From positions 178,312,001-178,376,000 of the forward strand of contig OX597815.1 in assembly GCA_951406725.2 (NCBI GenBank): a stretch of DNA of 64,000 nt, read 5' to 3'. The stretch is from Octopus vulgaris. Taxonomy: Eukaryota. The number at the start of each line of letters is the position of its first letter. Within the stretch, counting starts at the first letter, position 1. Below are positions 27,277 through 39,336 of the stretch, one piece after another. A program made the position numbers and the translations under genes. The notes beneath the pieces are model-generated. The model ran no database searches and had not been told where the DNA came from. It was given only the letters and a program-made list of their open reading frames with translations.

Positions 27277-27744
27277 ACATATATCTATGCATAAGCAAGA
27301 GGAAATAAAGAAATTACTCATCAGCGTGACATAATTACCTATGTGCAGTAATTTTGCAAATCAATGCTTGAATATGTCACGTGCACATTTATATAGTATT
27401 AATGCGTCTTTCATTGATGAGCTTCGAAAATTCTTGACTGTGCGATTCTTAGCAAATTAGTCTTTGTAAATCTTACAATGAGAGATATTCAGCAACAGTA
27501 CTTTGGAGTAAAGATTGTTTGCCAACGTAACATGGCAGTCCTGGTTTAGGATAAATGTTGCTGTAATTTAGCCCCAGCAGACATCGTCTCCAGCTGGCTA
27601 TACGATACGATCTTTGTCCTTATATGTGCGATTCGTGTTTAGGAATGATGTTTTTATACATCAATATTACAAGTTACGCTTAATACACCTAACTGGTAGA
27701 ATCATTTGCATGATGGCGGCAAATTGCTTTTTATTTTCTTTTAC

Positions 27745-27895
27745 GTCGTTCTGAGTTCAAATTCCACCGATACTGACTTTCCATTTTGTCTTTTCGAGAT
27801 CGATAAAATAAATGCCAGTTGGGTACTGGAGTCGAATTAACTGACTTAGCCCCTTCCCCAAAACTGCGGACCTTGTACCAAAATTTGAAACCATA
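27745..27895 (+). mobile_element. SINE family A fragment
   Basis: GTTCTGAGTTCAAATTCCACCGA...TGTACCAAAATTTGAAACC. Confidence 0.75.
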
Positions 27896-28304
27896 AGTAC
27901 ATGGTGGGTTTTGCTATTTCTATACTTAAGAACTTGTGAGTGATTACTGGAAGATAATACTGAATACTTCATCTTCCTCTTTCCTTAGATTAGTTGCATG
28001 ATAGTGACAGAGTGCAGCACTGTTATTGTGTCTTCGAGCGAGGATGATGTGTTTTTGTTGCTGGTGATTATTGACAAGTGCTTCACGAATTTCCTTCGGC
28101 GATTCGAGTAGTGGATGTAGAATGTTGCAGATAAAGAGATATTACGAACATGAGCTGAGCAGTATTAGACAAAACACAGACATTTCAAATATATATATAA
28201 GTCTATGTGGATGTGTGGATGTACGTACATATATCTATTTCTATGTATGAACGTGTACACATTATATGTATGTATGTATTTATATGTATGTAAAGGTAAA
28301 AATC

Positions 28305-28630
28305 CCCTTCGCTCATCAATGGCCATGGGATTGCATCTAGAAAGTTCTTCTCCGAGGCATAAGTCCGGGCAAGGCTGTTTATGGGAGAGCAGCAGTCGCC
28401 CATGTATACCAGCCTCTCCTCTTCACTGATGTTATCCAAGGAAAAGGCAAAGAGCCAATACATCTTGGCACTGGTGACATCGCAACTCATTTCTACAGTT
28501 GAGTTAACTAGAGCAACGTTAAATAAAGTGTCTTGCTTAAGAATACAACACACAGTCCGGTATGGGAATCAAACCAACAACCTCATGATTGTGAGCTCGA
28601 CGCTCTAAACATTGAACCATGCAACCTTAC
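28305..28630 (-). mobile_element. tRNA-derived SINE, family C
   Basis: Minus strand has TGGTTCAATG A-box and GGTTTGATTCCC B-box, then a conserved-domain-like TTCTTAAGCAAGACACTT..CTCAACTGTAGAAATG. Confidence 0.7.
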
Positions 28631-28679
28631 ATATGTGTGTGTGTGTGACTGTATTGCGCCGAATATCCTTTAGTTAAAA

Positions 28680-29055
28680 CTAGCACTATGACCCGGCGTT
28701 GCCGGGTCATAGTGCTAGTGCATGCATATACAGCTGCGTGCGTGCGCACATACACGCGAGTACTGTCCAAATCTCCAACCAATCACATACAGCTAGAGGG
28801 CATTCAATTGGCGTATCAAGTTTCGGGCATTTTGATTGGGTTTTGGATAGAAAATTCACAAAAAAGGTCACTTCTATTGATTTTTTAATGGCTTTGCGGG
28901 GTGACTGGGGAAATATAAAGATGTGCACGACCACCCTTCGACAGTTTTAAATGACCATAGAAAGTGCGAGCCCTCTAACTGAAAAATTGTGGATTTGTAT
29001 AAAGTATAACGCGTACACACACAGACAGACATTTTGCCGTTTATATATATAGAGA
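28680..29055 (-). mobile_element. Non-autonomous Helitron
   Basis: Minus strand A|TCTCTATATATATAAA start; 3' GC-rich hairpin plus CTAG|T. Confidence 0.75.
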
Positions 29056-30061
29056 TTACCAGTGATAATAAACCAACGCCCACATTCGTTCCTGTTATAT
29101 ACACTTCGTAAAATGGTGATATACACGAGATGATATAGATTTATTTGACTCTAATAAAGTGTAGCTGCTTAGTTTTGTTTTATTGGACGAAAACCTTATT
29201 GTGGCTCGATATCTCAGCATATTGCAATTATACAAAGTCTATTGTATGCAATTTATGCAGCCGGTATTAGAAATCAATATCTGTCATCCGCTATTTCTTC
29301 TCAGCTACCTGGAGGATACAAAGCAACAAAACACTGTGGCTACACGAAACCTTTTGCTGTGGGCTTTCTCTCTCAATGTTGTCGTCGTTCTTGTTGTAGC
29401 AGTAGTTGTTGTTGTTGTTGTTATCGTCGCCCCTGTTGAATAGTTCTGGTTAGTTCTGAACGCGTAGTTATATAGGATGCTTGAGCATTTGTTTCAACGA
29501 TGTGATACGAGTGATATATCCATCTTCCTAGTTTTATTGCCTGTGTGTAGACATACTACATATTCCGATATCAATATCATAAGTTGCAAAGTTGCAGTAG
29601 AATAGTTTGAACGAGCCTCACTCTCTCCATCGCCCTGCTTATTTCTGTAGCCTAAAAAAATCTATGGGTAAAGCTTGTTGTGTGTGTGTGTTTTTTTTTT
29701 GTTTTTGTTTTTTTCACGAGGGGAATATGTGAGACGGTCGTATAGCCATTGTTTGAAATGAGATGATGAGAGGGCAGAACTCTGTATCACTTCATACGTG
29801 AAATTCTATGTTCTGGCAATGTTATTATTGTACATTTCATAGATTTAACGATGGCGTTCAGTTATTTCATATATAGGAGGAGTGGCTGTGTGGTAAGTAG
29901 CTTGTTTACCAACCACATGGTTCCGGGTTCAGTCCCACTGCGTGGCACCATGGGCAAGTGTCTTCTACTATAGCCTCGGGCCGACCAAAGCCTTGTGAGT
30001 GGATTTGGTAGACGGAAACTGAAAGAAGCCCGTCGTATATATATGTATATATATATATATA

Positions 30062-30538
30062 TAAACATAATCAAATAGTGTAATAAAATAAATTATTATT
30101 TCCAGTGGCCTAGCACAAAAAAAAAAAGAATTAGTCATTAGACAATATATTATTCATATAGAAATATAATAAAAGGCTTCCAAATAAGGAAGCGTAGAGC
30201 TAGAAACACAAAAAGGGATAGATTTGTTCGTAAATTTTTTACCGGCATGCTCTCTGTCGCCGGGTATGATTTGCGTCTGCGCAGAGGTTTGGAAAGTTAA
30301 GATATACAAACCGTTAGATCTACACGTGCTTCTAACAGTCTGTGCATCTAGGATTAAGAAGGCTCCCCACTGAAGAACCTTGCCTTAGCAAATATATTCT
30401 GTTTGTTTGCTAAATATAGGTAGAAACTGATCGGTCTGGGATACAGCTGAGATGGTAAATGTTTTTAATTTTCATTCCTTTCATGAATTTATCCCTTTTT
30501 GTGTTTCTAGCACTACGCTTCCTTATTTGGAAGCCTTT

Positions 30539-30543
<5 letters not shown>
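30062..30543 (+). mobile_element. Hammerhead element with an inverted 5' copy of its 3' end
   Basis: Inverted arms 30172-30225 and 30485-30538; flanked by (TA)n. Confidence 0.75.
30366..30440 (+). ncRNA. Type I hammerhead ribozyme with extended stem II
   Basis: ccca-CTGAAGA-acct..ttagcaaata/tgtttgctaa..aggt-a-GAAA-ctgatcgg-TC-tggg; predicted GUC site at 30436. Confidence 0.7.
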
Positions 30544-30598
<55 letters not shown>

Positions 30599-30730
30599 TG
30601 TGTGTGTCTGTGTGTCTGTGTGTCTGTGTTTGTCCCCCTAGCATTGCTTGACAACCGATGCTGGTGTGTCCCCCTAGCATTGCTTGACAACCGATGCTTC
30701 GGTTTTGATAAAGCTTTCAACTCCATCCCT

Positions 30731-31003
30731 TACTCTCTCTTTTTACTCTTTTACTTGTTTCAGTCATTTGACTGCGGCCATGGTGGAGCAGCGCCTTTAA
30801 TCGAGCAACTCGACCCCAGGACTTATTCTTTGTAAGCCCAGTACTTATTCTATCGGTCTCTTTTGCCGAACCGCTAAGTGACGGGGACGTAAACACACCA
30901 GCATCGGTTGTCAAGCAATGCTAGGGGTACAAACACAGACACACAAACACATACACATACATACACATACATATATATACATATATACGACAGGCTTCTT
31001 TCA
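30731..31003 (-). mobile_element. SINE family B, 3' part
   Basis: Near-identical to 34552-34860. Confidence 0.85.
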
Positions 31004-31619
31004 TATATAACATTTTACTTATATTTATAGTTCGAGGATCGAACACGAAAATCTCCCACCCTGATTTACGATAAAATTTCACAATGCAGACCTATGATCA
31101 AACACTTTGCTGTTATTGATCAGTTACGCTTTCTTTTTTTTTTATTTATTGATTTATTTAATTTTTAGATTAATTGTAGATCAAGAACTGCAATATCCAA
31201 AGCGTACTTCCGTTTGAAAGCTGGTTCGTTTCGATCTGGTTGAGATTTTATAGAAATGGCTAGCAAGATCAGAAGCAGCGTAGGTGTTTCCTTACTGTGT
31301 GTATCTGTCTGTATGTCTGTATGTGTGTCTGCTTGAATGTGTACGTTTATGTGTGTGTGTATGTGTGTGTGTGTGCGTGTATGCGTGTGTCTATGTTTAG
31401 CAAATCTCATACATTTATGAATTTTGCTAAGTACTTATGCTGTGCAGAGACAAAAATCCAGATGTTTCTATCAAAGGTCATCGTCGATAATATATTTAAA
31501 TTTTTATGACAGACACACACACACACACAGACGGACGGCTGGACAGACGGACAGACAAATAGACAGACACATATATAGGAAGACACATAGACAGACAGGC
31601 AGACAGGCAGGCAGGCAGG

Positions 31620-31654
<35 letters not shown>

Positions 31655-31672
31655 GCTGGCAGGCAGACAGAC

Positions 31673-31805
<133 letters not shown>

Positions 31806-31971
31806 TGTTTCTTTATTAGCCACACAGGGCTGCACACAGATAGAACAAATTACAAGGTAGAGCTTTTCTTTTGAAGGTTTAAAAAAAAAAAAAAAAAAAA
31901 AAGGAAGGGGGAGTTTCGATCAAAAGGGATCGTAAAAGGAGAGAAAGAGGACAAAAAAAAGGGGGGTTAAG

Positions 31972-32003
<32 letters not shown>

Positions 32004-33080
32004 CAATAGGGATCGTTATCACAGAAATGTCAATATGAAGTGTAAAGGGGAGGACAGGTGAGGTTTACCCGTGGAAAGAAAAGCCTACGGAAAAGACCAC
32101 GGTAACCTCGGTCAATGAAGTCACATTTTATATTTCTTTTTTTTTTTTTTTTGCAAATAAGCAACTCTCTGTTTTCGATTTCTGGGTTCATAGGACTATG
32201 CTCAAGGTGGCTTCGTCATTCATACGTGCCATTCTTGCTACATTCACCCATCTTTTTTTAAAACATTCGCTAGACAAAACTTGCCTCTCTACTCTCACTT
32301 TCCTTTTCAAGTGGTACTTGAAGAAGTTGATGAGAGATTGACCAGAGAGGAAAGTGTTTGTCTCCAATCCTTTCAGACGCGTCCACCAGATACATTCCTT
32401 CGCCATAGCCACAAGGATGATGAAAATAGCTCTTCCTTCCCGTTTGAAGGAAGGAGGCGTGACAATATTGACGATAGACTCAGCTGATAAACCCACTCGT
32501 CCCACACGTGACAGCAGTTGTTCGACATAAGCCCACAGGTCGGAAATTGTTGGACACTGAACGAGTGCGTGCAGAACGGTTTCGTCGCTCTGACCGCATC
32601 TCGGGCAGGTCGGCCCCGTGTTTCTCGAGCCGTGTCTGTAGAGCTTATCCCGAACGGGTAGCGCTTCTCGGTAGCACTGCCAGGCCAGGGATCTCTGGAA
32701 GTTGTCCATGGGCCCTGGCCCGAAAGTCGTCCTGAACAGGCGGGTCAGGTACTCCTCGTCGACGTCCAGGTTCGCCCCGAGCTCGTCGTCGTACCTCCCC
32801 TCCACTAAACCCCTATAGAATGCTTTGGTTGTGTTGAAGTCACTTAAGGTCGACCCAGGACGGCAGAGTTGCTTGAGAGCAACGCGACACTCGCGGTGCC
32901 ATTCGCCCTTCCTCGGCCTCTTTTTGATCCACGACTGCAGTTCGGTCATGGAGACGAGCTGCGGGAAAGCGTGCCTCACAAACGGCGACCACACCTGTTC
33001 ACCGTCGTCTACATAGAGCCAGAGATGTCGCAGTCTCAGCGCGTGTCTGCGCATCATCAACCACGGCATGCCCAGCCCTC
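31806..33080 (-). mobile_element. 5'-truncated Tx1/L1-clade LINE inserted in (GATA)n
   Basis: Open ORF2 3' end, 3' UTR with AATAAA, and (TATC)n on both flanks. Confidence 0.85.
32188..33069 (-). CDS. LINE ORF2 C-terminal fragment (zf-RVT-type CCHC region); truncated, not a host gene
   Basis: GLGMP at the truncation; W..YREALPVRDKL; CPRCGQSDETVLHALVQC; IWWTR; uninterrupted 293 codons. Confidence 0.8.
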   Translation of the reverse strand: MPWLMMRRHALRLRHLWLYVDDGEQVWSPFVRHAFPQLVSMTELQSWIKKRPRKGEWHRECRVALKQLCRPGSTLSDFNTTKAFYRGLVEGRYDDELGANLDVDEEYLTRLFRTTFGPGPMDNFQRSLAWQCYREALPVRDKLYRHGSRNTGPTCPRCGQSDETVLHALVQCPTISDLWAYVEQLLSRVGRVGLSAESIVNIVTPPSFKREGRAIFIILVAMAKECIWWTRLKGLETNTFLSGQSLINFFKYHLKRKVRVERQVLSSECFKKRWVNVARMARMNDEATLSIVL

Positions 33081-33172
<92 letters not shown>

Positions 33173-33506
33173 GTAGTTATATAGAGATAAATAGAAAACT
33201 TATTTTTAAATCTCTCAACGAGAGATTCATTAACAATACTCTAAAGAAAAGATTATTTGCTAACATAATGTGACACACTATCTGTGTCCTTATATTTTCG
33301 AACAGAGTGAACACAGATTGTGTGTCGTATAGCCAAATGGAGACGATGTTTCCTGGGGCTAAATAACAGTAACATACGTCCCAACCGTGACTGCCACATT
33401 AAGTTGGCAAATAATCTTTATATAAAGATGTATATGCGCTTAGGTGTACATAATTTGTATATATCTACATATATATATATGTGTGTGTGTGTGTGTGAGT
33501 GTGTGT

Positions 33507-33814
33507 GGAGGCGCAATGGTCCAGTGGTTAGGGCAGCGGACTCACGGTCGTAGGATCGCGGTTTTGATTCCCAGACCAGTCGTTGTGAGTGTTTATTGAG
33601 CGAAAACACCCATAGCTCCATGAGGCTCCTGCAGGGTGGTGGTGGCGATCCCTGCTGTACTCTTTCGCCACAACTTTCTCGCATTCTTTCTTCTGTTGGC
33701 CTGCTCGCTTAGCCAGCGGGGTGGCGTCATTTGAAGGCTAAAACAATGCGAAGCGCACTGTGACCAGCGATGTGTAGTAACGTCTGATAGCCTGGTCGGG
33801 CACGGTGATCATGA

Positions 33815-33815
<1 letters not shown>
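33507..33815 (+). mobile_element. tRNA-derived SINE, family D
   Basis: GGAGGCGCAATGGTCCAGTGGTTAGGGCAGCGGACTC..GGTTTTGATTCCC tRNA-like head. Confidence 0.8.
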
Positions 33816-33882
<67 letters not shown>

Positions 33883-33959
33883 AGATAATATATACTACAT
33901 TCTATGAACAGTGAGCGCTAAATTGAGACTTTCAAAAACATTGGAAGGAAGCAACTGAA

Positions 33960-34270
33960 CTAGAATCTGGAGACTGTCCATCATCACTTTTTCACTGAAG
34001 AAACACACACATCTTTCGCAACAGATCAAGCAATCTGCAAATTGAGCTTTTTAGTAATTCATCTACCGTACAGTTAGGATCTGACACCCATCGACTTCTG
34101 CTTGTTCGAGTCAATGAAGGGCCATTTTTAAAGTCGGTGGTTTGATGACGCGGGGAAATCGGCTATGGAAAATGCGTTACAACAGTTTATGCCTGTTTTT
34201 TTTAAAGAGAATTCAAGAACGGGATTTGGTGATAGTGCAAATACATCACTTAGAGTAGAGATTATGCTGA
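33960..34270 (+). mobile_element. Mariner C-terminal remnant
   Basis: HLPYS*DLTPIDFCLFESMKGHF..WFDD, a decayed YSPDLAPxD motif. Confidence 0.65.
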
Positions 34271-34551
34271 TTTTTACATTTATTAAGATGAATGGTCTGT
34301 CCACTAACATGTGTACTTTGAACAACGGTTACATGGATTTTACATAACTTTCGGTAGAACTCGCGTAACTTTTAGCCCGATGTGAAAATAGAAATGTAGA
34401 ATTCCACGATTATTTTCTCCTTTAGAACTAACTTTTCAGGAAACATTTAACCGTTTAATAGAGTAAGCAGATTTATATACTGGTGGGGAAACTTATAGCC
34501 AGGAATAGGTAAAGTACCAACACTGCGTGTATACAGAGGATGTATATGCAA

Positions 34552-34780
34552 TACTCTTTTACTCTTTTACCTGTTTCAGTCATTTGACTGCGACTATGCT
34601 GGAGCACCGCCTTTAGTGGAGTACATCGACCCCGGGACTTATTCTTTGTAAGCCCAGTACTTATTCTATCGGTCTCTTTTGCCGAACCGCTAAGTGACGG
34701 GGACGTAAACACACCAGCACCGGTTGTCAAGCAATGCTAGAGGGACAAACACAGACACACAAACATACACACACAAACAT

Positions 34781-34849
<69 letters not shown>

Positions 34850-35014
34850 TACGACAGGCTTCTTTCGGTTTCCGTCTACCAAATCCACTCACAAGGCTTT
34901 GGTCGGCCCGAGTCTATAGCAGAAGACACTTGCCCAAGGTGCCACGCAATGGGACTGAACCTGGAACTATGTGGTTGGTTAGTAAGCTACTTACAACACA
35001 GCCACTCCTGCGCC
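34552..35014 (-). mobile_element. Full-length SINE family B
   Basis: tRNA-like head GGCGCAGGAGTGGCTGTG, internal (TA)/(TG) spacer and AAAAGAGT-repeat tail. Confidence 0.9.
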
Positions 35015-36589
35015 TCTGCAATGTTTAATATTTAATAATATATACTATTATGAAGTAATGATAAAACTAAGAAGTAAATATGAACACTGCAAGTGATTTA
35101 ATCAATATGATTAGCAAAACACAAATGCTTTAGTTATAAACAAACGATCTCACATCAAGCTTTTTACCTAACAAGTGTAATTCGGATATTTTCGATTTTA
35201 TGAGCTCGGATTTAGATTATGAACTAAATTCTTAATATTTATAATATTCCCTAGATTATTATTGCAAGGAAGCTACAGCAGATAACCGCACTTCAATTAC
35301 AAGATTTATTCTGAATCTTTAATTCTTTTGAATTTTGCAGTATTTTCCAATTAATAAATTTGTTTTCCACTCTATATTAATAAAACTGAGTTCGAGAAAA
35401 TTAATAGCAGCTGACGTCGGCATAAAATATTTCGTAAATCTCATAGATTTTGATAATTTCTTATGCCGCAGAGAGACGAAATTCCAGACGATTCTATCAA
35501 AGCTGATCTTCGGTACCATTTATTTCAATCTTTGTTTTAGCACTGAGAATAAATGTTTGAAGACTGTGCAAAGAGAACAGACATGAGAATAAAGATTAAG
35601 AAAGATGTAATCAGATGAAGAGCGCGTGTAATTATATGTTCAGAGGCCAAAGTGGGTGATGATGGTGGTAGTGGTGCAGGAGACTAAATTCCAACATATT
35701 CTCCGGTTTCTCTGGCAGAGGGATAACATTGAGGTATTCCAAGAGGTAATAAAAAATGACTGATCGTAAAAATTTCTTTTTGTTACTGGTATATTTTCCC
35801 AACAATTAGAACTTTCTATATGCGTTCTTTTGCTTGCGGTTAAATTTCCCCTGAAAGGAATAGCGATTTGCTTCGTGTAACAAGTTTAATTTTGCGAATG
35901 GTAACAAACCACTTGAACTTAGATAATTTAGTTTTCTCAGACCGCATTTTCCTCATTTCTATTCTCATTCTAATTTTCATTAATTATTCGGTATATGGGA
36001 GTTAATGATATGTCTAATGTTTATTCATCAAGCTGTCTTATGGTTCCATAGTTACTGCATTATAAAACATACTTTCTTCTAGATTAACAAATGTTGGTAT
36101 TATGTACTTGGACCAAAGATGATTTTAAAAAACTATCAGATCTCAAAGAAAGAGAAGTAGGCACATAAATCGCAACAAACATCAAAGTTAAACAATAAAT
36201 TTGAAGGACAAAATAATTAAAATTTGAAACAAACATTAAAATAAAATTCTCCATATTTAGAAATTAAAATTCACAAAATCATTGTAAACAAATTTTAACA
36301 AAACTTTCGTTCAATTATTTTTAAATCAATTATTCTGTAAATGTTCAGTATTTCCTTTTCTTGTTATTTCTTTCTTAGAGTTGTATATTTATGTAGGAAA
36401 TAACGGATATGGGTATTTTTCGGTAGGGAAATAAGGAAACAATGTTTGATGTCGGTAAGAATATTAATTTTATAATAAATAGTGGGGCTGGACGAGTGTC
36501 TCGTTAGATATGTCTGTATAGCTATGTGTATTATGTATGTATGTATGTTTATACACAAATGTATATACAAGTATGTATATGGATATACT

Positions 36590-36627
<38 letters not shown>

Positions 36628-36686
36628 TGTATATCCATATACATACTTGTATATACATTTATGTATACACAGACAGACAGACAGAC

Positions 36687-36767
<81 letters not shown>

Positions 36768-38273
36768 CATACATACATACATACATACATACATACACAC
36801 ATACATACTTACACACACACACACACATATATATATGCGTATCTGTATGCCCGTGTGTATCTGTCATTGAGTATGTGAATGTGCGTGAGCATGAGTACAT
36901 GAAGCAGACATTTTGGATATAGCTTGTTGGAATCAAATGAATCACCGAAAAAGAAATATGGTGAATGTCTCGTTGTCATTCTATTATTCATCATTAGTCG
37001 TTCATTTAATATTTCAAATGTTTTAGGCTTTTTGGTTTACCAGTAAAAAATTAACAGAAACTTGTCTTTGTTCTTTATTTTCGTTTTATTCTAAATGTTA
37101 TAAATGGTTTTGATGTCGACTTTGTCGTTGCAGCTATTCTTGTTGTTATTTTGCTGCTTGTGGGATTTGTGGTGTCTACTAAATTGATTAAGTTGTTTCT
37201 GAAAAGCGATCAGTGTAGCAACCTCAAAACAAACCAGAAACGAGCAAACGCCGATCGCTTGGTTTGAAACTCCTACCAACTTATGGAAAAAAAATATATA
37301 ACTTTTTTAATTAAATTCGTTTCTTTTACTTTTCCATTATTGTTTTTGTTGAAGTTGTTCACTAGATTGATGTTTATTTTTTCTCTTTTGATTCTGTTCT
37401 GTTTTGCTTTGTTTATTTATTTTTTAACTTGGGGTAAATTTTAGAGAGAAATGTAGAAAACGAATTGACATCAATTTTTCTGTGAAATCAAATCGGACAT
37501 TTATCATTGGCAATTACTATAAATATGTTTCCTAAATACGAAACATTTTACAACTAGACATGTTGTCACTCAACTTTTATATCTATATATTTCCCGAGAG
37601 CCAAGGAGATATAGCTACGCAAAAAATATTCTCAAAACAAGAGAAAAATAACCATAAACATACACACGTGAACACGCAGGAGAAAAAATGAGGATTGAAA
37701 AACGAAAGTAAGTGGCAATGCCTACTGCAAGCAAAACGTTAAGACGACTTTTTGAATGTGTGGTGAAAGATACAGTGAACGGAATATAACACTTAGAACG
37801 AAATAAATCTTGGGGGCCATTTTAAAATGCTAAATGGAAATGAAACACAAGGAAAAGAAAACTGCAAGTAAAAGTTATGAGAAAGAACAAACGACTGAAG
37901 GAGAGAGGAAAAAAATAAACACACAAACAAGCTAAATAAAGAAGCAAAACAACTAGAAGCAAAGCAAAAAAAAAAATGGCTAGAGAAAGGCGGGAAAGGA
38001 AAAGAATAAGAAGCGTTAAGGAATGGAAGATGAAATTGCAAAAATGAAAAATAGAAAATAACTAAGAGAAATGCTGTTTCTCTCATCCAATGGTATCTGC
38101 CTAATGAGAGGATAGACTGAAAAACTGCTGAAACAGTATTACGAGTGGATAAATGGATGTTAATGTAAGATTGAAAATGTTTATAAAGAGTAAATGCATG
38201 TGTGTGTGTGTATGCATGTATGGATACATACACACATATGCATACACACACAACACACGCGCACATAATTGTA

Positions 38274-39173
38274 TATGAAGTCTGATGAAAAAGTATCGGG
38301 TCTGTTGCTATAGTAACGGAACTAAAGTATGAAGAGTAAAGCCGCTTGTCACAGCTTGAATATGAACTCGCTTGCGCATGCACGATAAGCTATAACGTTG
38401 TCGCTCACTTCTGCGGTTTATAGCAGTGCTTGGAATTACATTGAGTACAGTTTGGTCGTCTCACCGAGAAAACTGAGCAGAGAATCTACATAAATTTTTG
38501 CCAAAATCATGAGAATACCTGCGCAGAGACCTACGTAAAAAGTGTATGGAGAGGAGCGTATGAGCTGGAAACGAGTGTATGGGACGTTCAAATTTTTGTG
38601 AGCTAGCCCACAATATATTGACTTTGACGTACGTTCTGGGAGACCCGTGACCAGTAAAGCTGATAAAAACATCACAGATGTGCATACAGCTGTGCGGAAA
38701 ACCCTACGAATCACCGTGCGTGGGTTGTCGAGGGATGTGAACATTAGTTACGGTTCAGTTCAGTCCTTTCTCATAGAAGATTTAGGTATGAGACTAATGT
38801 CTGTCAAGTTTCTGCCAAAGCTGCTTTCAGTTGCAGCAGTATTTGGTTAAGCACAACATTCTCCAGGCGCGACAACCACCATTTTCCACAGATCTCGCAC
38901 CTTGCGACATTTTCCTCTTTCCAAAAATGAAATCTCATTTGAAAGGAACAAGATGTGAAGACGTCGAGGAAGACGAAGAGAATGTGACGATGCAGCTGTT
39001 CGTTATCCGAAAAATGGAGAACCCTGGAATGCTTCCTTCAATGGAAAAGACGCTGGGTGAAATGTGTGACTTCAGAAGGGGAACACTTCAAAGGAGATTA
39101 AATGCCGGATTGATATATGTTGTAGCTTTCTCTTTGCAGCATCATTTCCGATACCTGTCTATCAGACCTTGTA
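38274..39173 (+). mobile_element. Internally deleted mariner transposon with TIRs
   Basis: TIRs TATGAAGTCTGATGAAAAAGTATCGG / CCGATACCTGTCTATCAGACCTTGTA; RSGRP..RITVRGLS..LGMRLMSVKFLPKLL joined to QPPFSTDLAPCDIFLFPKMK. Confidence 0.85.
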
Positions 39174-39294
39174 TATTAATCATACATTTAGAAAAGGAGT
39201 GATAGGGACTTCGAAATCTTGCTCTGCTACTTGAAAAAAGGATTGAGTAATTTTCCAATTAAATTCTTTTTATTATAACTTTACACAAAGACGA

Positions 39295-39330
<36 letters not shown>

Positions 39331-39336
<6 letters not shown>

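Larger units (their letters stand above)
29876..30700 (+). mobile_element. SINE family B split by a hammerhead element inserted in its (TA)n spacer
   Basis: 5' half 29876-30038 (GAGTGGCTGTGTGGTAAG..GGGTTCAGTCCC); resumes at ~30605 (TGTGTTTGTCCCCCTAGCATTGCTTGACAACC). Confidence 0.85.

Noticed and set aside
33507-33580. tRNA gene
   Set aside because: The tRNA-like head continues into a SINE body and the B-box is mutated.
36809-37279. Possible first exon or 5' UTR of a minus-strand host gene
   Set aside because: No recognisable protein similarity or clear splice donor; cannot be supported without transcript data.
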